This document shows, one piece after another, positions 55,848 to 64,000 of a DNA stretch of 64,000 nucleotides. A model generated the notes under the pieces. The model saw nothing but the letters and a program-made list of their open reading frames with translations. It was not told where the DNA came from and did not search any database. The position numbers and the translations under genes are program-made. Within the stretch, counting starts at the first letter, position 1. Every line of letters begins with the position of its first letter. The stretch is from Candidatus Hydrogenedentota bacterium (GTDB taxonomy: Bacteria > Hydrogenedentota > Hydrogenedentia > Hydrogenedentales > SLHB01), in contig CAVUWV010000014.1 of assembly GCA_963745075.1 (NCBI GenBank), positions 34,900-98,899 of the forward strand. Reading direction: 5' to 3'.

Positions 55848-56327
55848 ATGGAAGACCACGGCAACTACGATCGGGACTACTCAGTGCAACACCATTACGA
55901 ACCGGACAGGATTCAACACGACCTTCCCATCGGCGACATCCTGCAACAGGTCGTCCGCTTCGGCGGCGCGTTTGTTGGCATCGTGCTCATCGTGATAGGG
56001 CTTGCCTTCGCGATGAAGATTTTCGGCGTCATCGTGGCAACGCTCAACGCTCCCGGCAACATCCGCACTCTCGTCGAGGACTGGACCCGCATCGTCGGCA
56101 ACGAACAGTTGACCGTACTCTACGAAGGGAAAGAGATTGCCGTGGGTCCGGTGATTGCCGTCGGCATTCTTGGTGTGGGCGCGCTGGTCCTGGTGTCGAT
56201 ATCCATGCAGCTCATTACCAACGGCGCCAAAGTCATCTCCATCACCTTGGGCGAGCGGGAAGCGCTCAAACAACTGTTCAAGCAAGCGAGGTTGAGTGGA
56301 GCGCTCGGCAGTTTGGCGAAAAAATAA
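55848..56327 (+). CDS. Membrane protein, unknown function (159 aa)
   Basis: GAAGGAGGG RBS then ATG at 55848. Two or three hydrophobic helices. Confidence 0.65.
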   Translation: MEDHGNYDRDYSVQHHYEPDRIQHDLPIGDILQQVVRFGGAFVGIVLIVIGLAFAMKIFGVIVATLNAPGNIRTLVEDWTRIVGNEQLTVLYEGKEIAVGPVIAVGILGVGALVLVSISMQLITNGAKVISITLGEREALKQLFKQARLSGALGSLAKK

Positions 56328-56343
56328 GCTGGCAGAAGCTGTC

Positions 56344-57906
56344 TTATCGCTGCCATTCCAGGATTTTTGTGAAAACCTTCTTCAACATCGGGGTAAGCCG
56401 GGTCCGATTGTATGCGTCGGCGGCTTTCTTGATGATTTCCGCCTGTGTCGGATAGGGGTGAATTACATTCGCGATGTTGCGCAACCCGATTCCGGATACC
56501 ATTGCCAACGTAATCTCGCTAATCATCTCTCCGGCGTGCCGCGCGACCAATCGTCGCCCCCACAATCCGGTCGGTTCCCTTCCGCAAGATGGACCTTCAG
56601 CAACCCATCCGTCTCTCCTTCGAGAATCGCCCGATCCACCTCGGCCATGGAAACCTGGATCGTGTCGATAGCGGTGACCTTGTTCCGCCGCGTCGCGTTC
56701 GCTCAACCCTACATGGGCGATCTCGGGATCGGTGTAGGTGCACCACGGCACCGTCAACGCGCTGAGTCTTTTCTTGCCGGCGAATCCGAACAGCGCGTTC
56801 TGAATCACGATCCGTGCTGCCGCATCGGCTGCGTGGGTGAACTTGTGCTTCATGCACACATCGCCCGCCGCGAAGATCCGAGAGTTAGTGGTGCGAAGCG
56901 TGTCGTCCACGTGAATGCCGCCCCGTTCGTCGAATTCCACCCCGGCCACATCAAGTCCGAGCCTATCCACATTGGGTGCCCGCCCCGCCCCAATGAGAAT
57001 GGCATCCGTCTCCAGGACTCGTTCTCCACCGTTCACGGCAACCGTCACCCGCTTCGGCAGGTCCATTCCGTCCATGCGGTCCATATCATCCATACTGTCC
57101 ACACGAACCACGGCCGCGCCAAACACAAACTCGACCCCATCCCGCGCCATCGAATCCTGCACGAACTTCGCCGCATCAGGATCTTCCCGGGTCAGAATCT
57201 GGTTCGCGCGTTCGACGAGAGTTACCTGCGTGCCCAACCGCTGAAAAGTCTGGGCCAGCTCGCAGCCGATGGGGCCCGCGCCGATCACGACCATCCGGTT
57301 CGGCCGTTCGGTCAACGAGAACACCGTTTCGTTGGTCAGAAAGCCAGCGTCGGATAAGCCGGGGATGTCCGGCTCAGCGGCTCGTGCGCCGGTGGCGATC
57401 ACGGCTTTGGAAAAGCGAAGCGTATTGCCTCCGACTTCGATGGCATCGCGGCCGGTAAAACGGGCGTTACCCAAAAACACATCGACGCCCAAGTCCCGGA
57501 ACCGCGACGCGGAGTCGTTCGGACTGATCCCGCTGCGAATTCCGCGCATACGTTCCATCACGGCGGCGAAATCGACGGGTGGGGATTCTTGCGCGTCTAT
57601 CCCATACTGGTGCGCGTCACGCACATCCGCCGCCGTGCGCGCGCTCCGTATAATGGCTTTCGACGGCACGCAACCCACGTTCAAACAATCACCGCCCATG
57701 AGATGGCGTTCCACCAGCGCCACTTTTGCGCCCAGACCGACCGCCCCGGCCGCCGCTACCAGACCCGCCGTCCCTGCGCCAATAACGACGAGGTTGTAAC
57801 GCGGTCGGGGTTCCGGATTGACCCAGTCCCGGGGATGGACGTTGGCAATGAGATGCTCGTTATGGTCATCCATGGGGGACATGGAGATGTGTTCACGGTG
57901 GTTCAC
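56344..57906 (-). CDS. Flavoprotein disulfide reductase (mercuric-reductase / dihydrolipoamide-dehydrogenase-like), with an internal ~133-nt out-of-frame block
   Basis: VVIGAGTAGL..GGDCLNVGCVPSK redox-active disulfide. C-terminal dimerisation motif HPYPTQAE. The conserved segment VTAIDTIQVSMAEVDRAILEGETDGLLKVHLAEG / TDRIVGATI is only readable in the +1 and +2 frames between 56548 and 56680. Confidence 0.85.
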   Translation of the reverse strand: MNHREHISMSPMDDHNEHLIANVHPRDWVNPEPRPRYNLVVIGAGTAGLVAAAGAVGLGAKVALVERHLMGGDCLNVGCVPSKAIIRSARTAADVRDAHQYGIDAQESPPVDFAAVMERMRGIRSGISPNDSASRFRDLGVDVFLGNARFTGRDAIEVGGNTLRFSKAVIATGARAAEPDIPGLSDAGFLTNETVFSLTERPNRMVVIGAGPIGCELAQTFQRLGTQVTLVERANQILTREDPDAAKFVQDSMARDGVEFVFGAAVVRVDSMDDMDRMDGMDLPKRVTVAVNGGERVLETDAILIGAGRAPNVDRLGLDVAGVEFDERGGIHVDDTLRTTNSRIFAAGDVCMKHKFTHAADAAARIVIQNALFGFAGKKRLSALTVPWCTYTDPEIAHVGLSERDAAEQGHRYRHDPGFHGRGGSGDSRRRDGWVAEGPSCGREPTGLWGRRLVARHAGEMISEITLAMVSGIGLRNIANVIHPYPTQAEIIKKAADAYNRTRLTPMLKKVFTKILEWQR

Positions 57907-58658
57907 GATGCTTCCCCACCATCTTCCACATCCGATTCGCCGATAGACTCATTGACGGCCTTTCGCGCAAGGCGAGTAACGTAAACGACGACAAGGATTG
58001 TCGCAATCAGTCCGACGCCATAAAGAACCCACTCGGCTAGACTTCGGCCCGCACCCCCGGCACTGAGCGTGGCGAGGTCTCCGGCGACCGAGCCGATGTA
58101 GACGTACAGGATCGTTCCGGGCAGCATGCCGATCCACGTGGCGAGGAGGTATTCCTTCAGCGATATCCGGGTGAGGCCGAAGATGTAGTTCACGACGTTA
58201 AAAGGAAAAATCGGACAAAGCCGAATCAACCCGACAATTCTCCAGCCTTCCCGGGCAACGGCCTCGTCCAGCGCTTTGAACTTTTGGTTGCGGGCGATCC
58301 TGCGCGAAATCATGTCGCGGGCAAAATAGCGACCCACCAGGAACGCCACGGTCGAACCGAGCGTCGACGAGATAGAAACCACGATGGTACCCTCGACGAC
58401 CCCGAATAGAAATCCAGCGCCCAACGTGAGAATCAAACCTGGTACGAACAGGACACAGGCTACGATGTACGCAATACCCAGCACGAACGGCGCCACGGGG
58501 CCCAGCTTATCGACTCGCGCGAGGAAGGCGTGCAGCCAATCTGCGATCGGCAATGCGTACGATGCGACGGCCAGGACCACGATCGCGACGAGGAAAAGGA
58601 CGGGTTTTGCCCAATAGTTGTAGCGAACCTTGGATTCGGCTTTATCGGAAGCTTCCAC
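57903..58658 (-). CDS. TVP38/TMEM64 (DedA-related, VTT-domain) membrane protein
   Basis: Five or six TM segments. The LPGTILYVYIGSVAG pattern is typical of the family. 4-nt overlap with the reductase gene. Confidence 0.8.
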   Translation of the reverse strand: MEASDKAESKVRYNYWAKPVLFLVAIVVLAVASYALPIADWLHAFLARVDKLGPVAPFVLGIAYIVACVLFVPGLILTLGAGFLFGVVEGTIVVSISSTLGSTVAFLVGRYFARDMISRRIARNQKFKALDEAVAREGWRIVGLIRLCPIFPFNVVNYIFGLTRISLKEYLLATWIGMLPGTILYVYIGSVAGDLATLSAGGAGRSLAEWVLYGVGLIATILVVVYVTRLARKAVNESIGESDVEDGGEAS

Positions 58659-58667
58659 GCTTTTTCT

Positions 58668-59558
58668 CTATTGCTCGTTGAGTGACCAGTCGTAATCCAG
58701 ATACTGAGTGGAATACGTATTATGAATCAAATACGCGCGGTCGTCGGACGAGACATACCTGGATACGGCGCTCAGCACGGCACCTTCTATTTCACCATGG
58801 TTCGGTATTTCCTCCGTCCGGTACTTACCAAGATAATCGCTCCCGAACCAGTCGAAGATGGGGGAGAGGTACACCACGTTCTCCTTGCGATCGATGCGAA
58901 ACTTCTTCGGGTTCGACAGAAACCGCCGCATCTGGTCGTCCAATTGCGCATCCAGCTTCGCTCCGCTGTACGGTTCGTTCCGCAGCGGTGGGCATCCCAT
59001 CGCTGCACAAACCAGCGCGGCGTGTATTCTGGGTTCGTCGAATTTGCCACGTAGCACCTCATGCTCGATTGCATCGAGTGTGTAGGCGCGACCCATCACC
59101 GTCCACTCCAGGTCCGTCCACACCCCGGGAATCTGTCGAATGCTGTTTCGAGGATAGGCGAGACTGCGCAAAAGGCCCGCCTGGATAGGGTAGCGATCGA
59201 CGATGGCCTCAAGCGTCAACGCGTTGTACACATTAATCCAGAAAGCAATCTGTTCTTGCGCATCCCATTGTCCATACACGGAGGAATTCAAGACAGCAAT
59301 CGACGACAAATACGTGTCGAGATCGGATGGGGTAGCCTTGAGGCCCGCATAGTCGACCATGCCCGTGTCGTTCACGTACGTCGCCAAGACCCTGGAATAC
59401 GCGTCCGTAGTCACGGTTGAAGCCGTCGCTGGTTGCGCTGGCGCGGGCGCTTGGGTCTCGTCGGTGAATTCCAGGAGCAGGTAGTAGCCAAGTGCGAGCA
59501 CCGCACCCAGGACGCCGACCGTGATGGCAATTTTCTTGACCACCGATTTCTTGACCAC
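58668..59558 (-). CDS. DUF547-family protein with N-terminal anchor
   Basis: FWINVYNALTLEAIVDRYP and IHAALVCAAMGCPPL motifs are characteristic of DUF547. Confidence 0.8.
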   Translation of the reverse strand: MVKKSVVKKIAITVGVLGAVLALGYYLLLEFTDETQAPAPAQPATASTVTTDAYSRVLATYVNDTGMVDYAGLKATPSDLDTYLSSIAVLNSSVYGQWDAQEQIAFWINVYNALTLEAIVDRYPIQAGLLRSLAYPRNSIRQIPGVWTDLEWTVMGRAYTLDAIEHEVLRGKFDEPRIHAALVCAAMGCPPLRNEPYSGAKLDAQLDDQMRRFLSNPKKFRIDRKENVVYLSPIFDWFGSDYLGKYRTEEIPNHGEIEGAVLSAVSRYVSSDDRAYLIHNTYSTQYLDYDWSLNEQ

Positions 59559-59777
59559 CGATTTATACCCTATCCGTGAATGCTTGCAGATTAAGCAGGG
59601 ACGCCTACCTGTATTCCGGATGCCGTTCGCGTTAAGTCACTTGATTGTATGAAATTGAATGTCCATTCACCATTGCTCCCTGCCCCGTGGTACAATTCCT
59701 GCACTGGTGGCTGCATGCCGTGACTGGAGAGCCAAGAGCCTCGTGTGGTATAGGTGCTTGAGGTAAACGGAAAGGAC

Positions 59778-59930
59778 ATGCGAACAATGCGTCGTATCAT
59801 TGGGACTATAGCGGTTGTAATCTTGGGCGTAATGATGGCGGCGAGTATGATGGGCTGCAATACGATCCGCGGTGTCGGCAGGGATGTCCAGGCCGGCGGC
59901 CGGGCGATCGAACGCGCCGCGGAGCACTAG
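59778..59930 (+). CDS. Entericidin EcnA/B-family small lipoprotein (50 aa), absent from the ORF track
   Basis: MRTMRRIIGTIAVVILGVMMAASMMGCNTIRGVGRDVQAGGRAIERAAEH. The CNT.RGVG.D...GG.AI..AA segment matches the entericidin pattern. A lipobox Cys is present. Confidence 0.8.
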   Translation: MRTMRRIIGTIAVVILGVMMAASMMGCNTIRGVGRDVQAGGRAIERAAEH

Positions 59931-60234
59931 TAGTGCGTTTCTATTGAATTTGTGCACCACCAAATATGAGCGCCCCTTACAACGGGCCAACAAAGTAGAC
60001 GCGATTCAAAACCCCACCGTCCGATTCAATTGAAGCGGACTACTTGAACCGACCCGGCCCACGTCATTGGCCCTTCCGAGCAGGGCTCAATATCCCCGGT
60101 ATTCGTTCGCGGGCTTGAAATTTCGCTCGCCAGACTGCATCATGACCAACTCATTCGGCGTGCGGTGTGGGGGCGCGTTACGGATGCGCGTAAACCAACT
60201 CCCAGCGACGGAAAATCGATCGGAGAATTACACG

Positions 60235-61278
60235 ATGAGCGAAGTCGGTGTCGGCATTATCGGGTGTGGCAATATTGCGCCCATTCACGCGCAGAGCATG
60301 GTGGAAATCGAAAGCGCGAAACTGGTTGCGGTGTCGGATGTGGTCGAAGCGAATGCAAAAAAGCTGACCGATAGATTCCCTGCCGATATCTACACCGATT
60401 ACAACGAAATGCTTCAGCGTGACGACATTCAGGCAGTGAGCCTGTGCGTGCCCAGCGGTCTGCGTGCGGACATTGCCGAAGCCTGCGCCAAAGCCGGCAA
60501 GCATATCCTGGCAGAGAAACCGCTGGAAGTGACGACGGAGCGTATCGATCGGGTGATCAAAGCGGTTGATGCAGCGGGAGTCAAACTGGGCTGCATTTTC
60601 CAGTATCGGTTCGCTGACGGACCGGCTCACGTCCGCAAAGCCCTCGACAGCGGCCGCTTCGGCAAGCTGGTCCTGGGCGATGCCTACTTCAAGTGGTACC
60701 GGTCCCAGGAGTACTACGATAGCGGCGCGTGGCGCGGCACGCGGAAACTCGATGGGGGCGGCGTTCTCATGAATCAGGGCATTCACCAGATTGATTTGCT
60801 GCTGTGGTTCTTCGGACCCGTGAAGACGGTCACGGCGCAAACCGCGTTGGTCGGTCACACGAATATCGAAGTAGAAGATTTGGCCTGCGCCATGCTCACG
60901 TTTGAAAACGGCGCCATGGGCGTTATCGAGGGAAGCACCGCCATCTGGCCGGGGCATCCCGCACGGGTGGAAGTCCACGGCAGCGGAGGCAGCGCCGTTC
61001 TCGAGGATGGCGAGTTGCGATCCTGGCAATTCGCCCGAGAGATTCCGGAGGACAAGGAAGTACTTTCCAGCATCAAGGATTCCGCCATCGGCTCGGGCGC
61101 CAGCGATCCGATCGCCAGTCTCAAACATGAAGGGCACCGCCGCCAGATCGAAGACTTTATCACCGCCATCCGGGACAACCGCGAGCCGTCAATCGACGGC
61201 CGGGAGGGCCGGCGCGCGGTGGAAATTATCGAGACCATCTATCGCTCCGCAGAGTCTGGAAAGACCGTCACGCTATAA
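60235..61278 (+). CDS. Gfo/Idh/MocA-family oxidoreductase (cytoplasmic)
   Basis: GGAG RBS then ATG at 60235. VGIIGCGNIAPIH Rossmann motif and AEKP motif. Confidence 0.85.
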   Translation: MSEVGVGIIGCGNIAPIHAQSMVEIESAKLVAVSDVVEANAKKLTDRFPADIYTDYNEMLQRDDIQAVSLCVPSGLRADIAEACAKAGKHILAEKPLEVTTERIDRVIKAVDAAGVKLGCIFQYRFADGPAHVRKALDSGRFGKLVLGDAYFKWYRSQEYYDSGAWRGTRKLDGGGVLMNQGIHQIDLLLWFFGPVKTVTAQTALVGHTNIEVEDLACAMLTFENGAMGVIEGSTAIWPGHPARVEVHGSGGSAVLEDGELRSWQFAREIPEDKEVLSSIKDSAIGSGASDPIASLKHEGHRRQIEDFITAIRDNREPSIDGREGRRAVEIIETIYRSAESGKTVTL

Positions 61279-61418
61279 CCGTGCCAAGGCGGCCGGGGCG
61301 TCCGCACGACCCGAGATGGACGGCACGTTTGGCCGCCCTCACGTGGTTCTGTTACCATGCGTCAGTCGCCCGCATCGACAATTTACTGCAACGCGCGCAT
61401 CACCGGAGACTCGATGTC

Positions 61419-62477
61419 ATGAATAGACTTTCCCTCATAGTGCTTATTGCGTTCACGGCCGGCCTCGTGTTGACGGCTCCCCTCGCCGCCCAGGAACAGT
61501 CCAACCCGGAAATCGTGGCGACCATCGGCGATAAAGCGACTATCACCAAGACCGAATTCGAGCGAGCGCTTGCGGGTGCGTTGCAGGCGCGAATGGCCCA
61601 GGCCCGGCGGATGGGCGTGAAAGATCCGCAGAAGCTTGCGCAAACGCCGGTCAGTCACGAAGAGAAGCTCAAGCTCATCGACATGATGGTGAACAGCAAG
61701 ATTCTCTATCTTCTTGCCCAGCAGGCGGGAGTCAAAGTGACGGACGAGCAAGTGGACGCGGAGATCGACAAGCACCGTGCGGCACTTCCCCCCAACACGA
61801 CGCTCGAGCAGTTCATGGAAAAGCAGGGCACGTCCTTGCAAGAAATCAAGGACTTGACCCGCATGCGCCTCGCTTCCCAGGAGTATAGCCGCGAACAGGT
61901 TAAAGATATTTCAATCACCGACGAACAGGTTCAATCGGAATACGAAAACCTGAAGGCGAAGAATCTGTTCGATACCGCCGATATCGCGCACATCCTGGTT
62001 CGTGTGACCAGTGACGACCCCGGCGCATGGGAAGAAGCCAAGAAGAAGATCGACGCGGCGTACAAACGCATTAAGGACGGCGAAGATTTCGCGGTGGTTT
62101 GCAAAGACGTGTCGGACGACGACAAGACGAAGGATGATGGTGGCGTGATTAAGGGCGCCATGCGGGGCATTCTCGGTCCTGAATTCGATCAGCGGATGTT
62201 CACCCTTCCTCTGAACGAAGTCTCGGAACCGTTCAAGAGCCGTCTCGGTTGGCACATTTTGAAGGTGACCGACCGCGGAGTGGCGCCGCTGGAGGGCGTA
62301 TTGAAGGAACGGTTGACCGCCGGTTTGCTACAACAAAAGAAGGCCCAAGCCATCGAGAAACTTATCAGCGACGCCCGGTCCACCATGAAGATCCAGATAT
62401 CGCTTCCCCCCGAAGCACCCGCCGCCGAGGGCACGGAAGCCGCTCCAGCACCGTCATTGTTGGAAGGCGCCACCTGA
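61419..62477 (+). CDS. Parvulin-type peptidyl-prolyl isomerase (SurA/PrsA-like), secreted
   Basis: GGAG RBS then ATG at 61419. Signal peptide. Parvulin core AHILV...FSDD..GG.....F...F.L..GE.S.P....GWHILK. Confidence 0.85.
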   Translation: MNRLSLIVLIAFTAGLVLTAPLAAQEQSNPEIVATIGDKATITKTEFERALAGALQARMAQARRMGVKDPQKLAQTPVSHEEKLKLIDMMVNSKILYLLAQQAGVKVTDEQVDAEIDKHRAALPPNTTLEQFMEKQGTSLQEIKDLTRMRLASQEYSREQVKDISITDEQVQSEYENLKAKNLFDTADIAHILVRVTSDDPGAWEEAKKKIDAAYKRIKDGEDFAVVCKDVSDDDKTKDDGGVIKGAMRGILGPEFDQRMFTLPLNEVSEPFKSRLGWHILKVTDRGVAPLEGVLKERLTAGLLQQKKAQAIEKLISDARSTMKIQISLPPEAPAAEGTEAAPAPSLLEGAT

Positions 62478-62541
62478 AGAACGCAACCTTGGTCCCGCGC
62501 ACACATTCATCCGGCTCGGTGCGGAAAACGACATCGACGGA

Positions 62542-63810
62542 CTAATGTCTCGGTTTGACGTGGGGCGTATTGGCGTACACGATGTCAACCGTGTCGCCGT
62601 CACTGAGTATGGACAAGCGCGCCGCCTCGGTGACGAGTTCGTTCGTACTGGAGTTCGCGGGCGTGGCAATCAGCCCCTGTTGATCCGTCTCCCGGATCAT
62701 CGCCTGCCGCTTGGTTAGAGATTCGCCGTCACTCATTCCCTTCACTCTGTCCTCGATCTGATGGATTCGCGCAAGAATGTTCGCTACGGATTCATACCCG
62801 TAGCCGATTGGCTGTTCACCTTCCCCTAGCCACGGCACCAATCGGAAGAAATCGGGGCTGACGTAGTTGAACGCCGTGCCCCCGCATCCAATCCCCTCCA
62901 GGTAGCTGTGTGTGACGCCGCGGAACTGATCGTTGTGTTTGATCATGCCCGATTTACCGTCGCCCTCGCAGAACATCGTCAGGCACTGTTCGTTGCTGCC
63001 GGCGCCGTCGTCCGGATACCCCAGGCCATCGATCACCGAAAGGATCGCGCCATTCTCGTAGGTGACTCGGCCGTTGGCCCACATGTACCCTTCGTTGCCG
63101 TTGGGGAACTTCCCTTTGACGCCACTCACCGACACCGCAGTAGGGCGCAACCCGGTGATGAAGCTCACGAGGTCAACATAGTGGCAACCAACGTAGACGA
63201 AGGGATCGGATTTGTCCACCGTAAACCAATTTTGAAAATTTGAGAAGCGATACAGGTAAGGCTCGATCATCTTCGCTTCGCCCATCTGGAATTCACCGAA
63301 GTCCCCGCGCACGTAGTGACGTCGCGCCATGAGGGAGCGCCGATCCCAGCGCTTATGATATTCGACACCGACGAAGAGTCCTTTCTCAAGGGCAAGCAGC
63401 TCAATTTCGACCGCCTGGTTGTATTGCAGCACCAGGGGCTTCACGCAGAGCACGTGCTGGTCGTTCTTGAGCGCCTCCATCACGACGCCGTAGTGCAACT
63501 GATCGGGCATCGCGACTACCACGGCGTTGCGCGGCGGCATCGATGCAATTACTTCTTTGTACGTTTCCGGACGGTTCTCAGTCTCCGGGGTATCCAAGGA
63601 AGGGTACGGCGTGAAGTCTTGGCCCGGGAATGCATGTTTCAGTTCGTCGTTCGCTTTGAGTGCTTTGAGAGGCGGCGTGTTCAGCGCGCAAATGTTGATA
63701 CCCGCCACGATTTTGAGCCGTTGGAGGTGATAGACACACGGCAGGATGAGATCGTTTGTGATCATGCCTCCCCCGACAATCGTGACTTCCATGCTTGCAG
63801 TCGCACTCAT
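62542..63810 (-). CDS. Gfo/Idh/MocA-like oxidoreductase
   Basis: VTIVGGGMITNDLILP Rossmann-like N-terminus and CVKPL motif. Start at 63810 (alternative 63792). Confidence 0.75.
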   Translation of the reverse strand: MSATASMEVTIVGGGMITNDLILPCVYHLQRLKIVAGINICALNTPPLKALKANDELKHAFPGQDFTPYPSLDTPETENRPETYKEVIASMPPRNAVVVAMPDQLHYGVVMEALKNDQHVLCVKPLVLQYNQAVEIELLALEKGLFVGVEYHKRWDRRSLMARRHYVRGDFGEFQMGEAKMIEPYLYRFSNFQNWFTVDKSDPFVYVGCHYVDLVSFITGLRPTAVSVSGVKGKFPNGNEGYMWANGRVTYENGAILSVIDGLGYPDDGAGSNEQCLTMFCEGDGKSGMIKHNDQFRGVTHSYLEGIGCGGTAFNYVSPDFFRLVPWLGEGEQPIGYGYESVANILARIHQIEDRVKGMSDGESLTKRQAMIRETDQQGLIATPANSSTNELVTEAARLSILSDGDTVDIVYANTPHVKPRH

Positions 63811-64000
63811 AGTCCTACACGCACTCCTTTCTTTGAAAAATAACAGAACCCCGGTTTCTTGACGCATTTTTCAGACGACGGCCGCCTGAAAGAGTGCATT
63901 ATTATACCCATCGTCCCGCGCTATCCAAAGCTGACGGAAGTCCCGCCCATTCGGTATGCATCGATCGTGCTATATGACGACGGGGTTTCGAATAACGAGT

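Overview
GC-rich bacterial chromosomal window. The taxon cannot be determined without database searches. The gene content (TAT-signal Gfo/Idh/MocA oxidoreductases, GH99, a DUF1559-like membrane protein, hairpin-rich intergenic repeats) is reminiscent of uncultured PVC-type lineages, but that is inference only.

Left third:
- A 5'-truncated NuoF-like / FeS / GltS-FMN operon, an SDR and exported oxidoreductases.
- A small accessory patch with two type II TA pairs (ParE-type and BrnTA) and two orphan small genes.
- Dispersed hairpin repeats and a 3x33-bp tandem repeat.
- Glycan-related genes: GT2, AGE-family epimerase, secreted ADP-ribosylglycohydrolase, acyltransferase-3, URO-D-like and GH99.
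- A TolC-MFP-RND efflux operon.

Centre (top finding): an 8.6-kb element integrated in tRNA-Pro(CGG), bracketed by a perfect 47-bp direct repeat (27440-27486 and 35976-36022).
- All its ORFs are co-oriented: P4-type integrase, HTH protein, AlpA-like excisionase, HK97-type capsid, RecA-fold Rep followed by an iteron field, zinc-ribbon miniproteins, a nuclease-like gene, a P27-type small terminase and two paralogues.
- It has no large terminase, portal, tail or lysis genes, so it follows phage-satellite gene logic.
- A decayed remnant of a second related element lies just outside the distal att site.

Right half:
- An MrfA/MrfB-like helicase-exonuclease pair split by an oppositely oriented gene that carries an in-frame TAG.
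- An FHA-GAF histidine kinase, the CCA-adding enzyme and a DUF2339-like giant membrane protein.
- Two large secreted proteins of unknown function, and hemE.
- A GT2-DUF2064-GT2 fusion, and a DUF547 / TVP38 / flavoprotein-disulfide-reductase operon.
- An entericidin-like lipoprotein missing from the ORF track, a parvulin PPIase and more Gfo/Idh/MocA genes.

Caveat: about 15 apparent +/-1 frame disruptions cluster in four loci (the island, the helicase, the GT fusion and the reductase), while all other long ORFs are intact. I cannot tell real pseudogenisation from local consensus errors using sequence alone.
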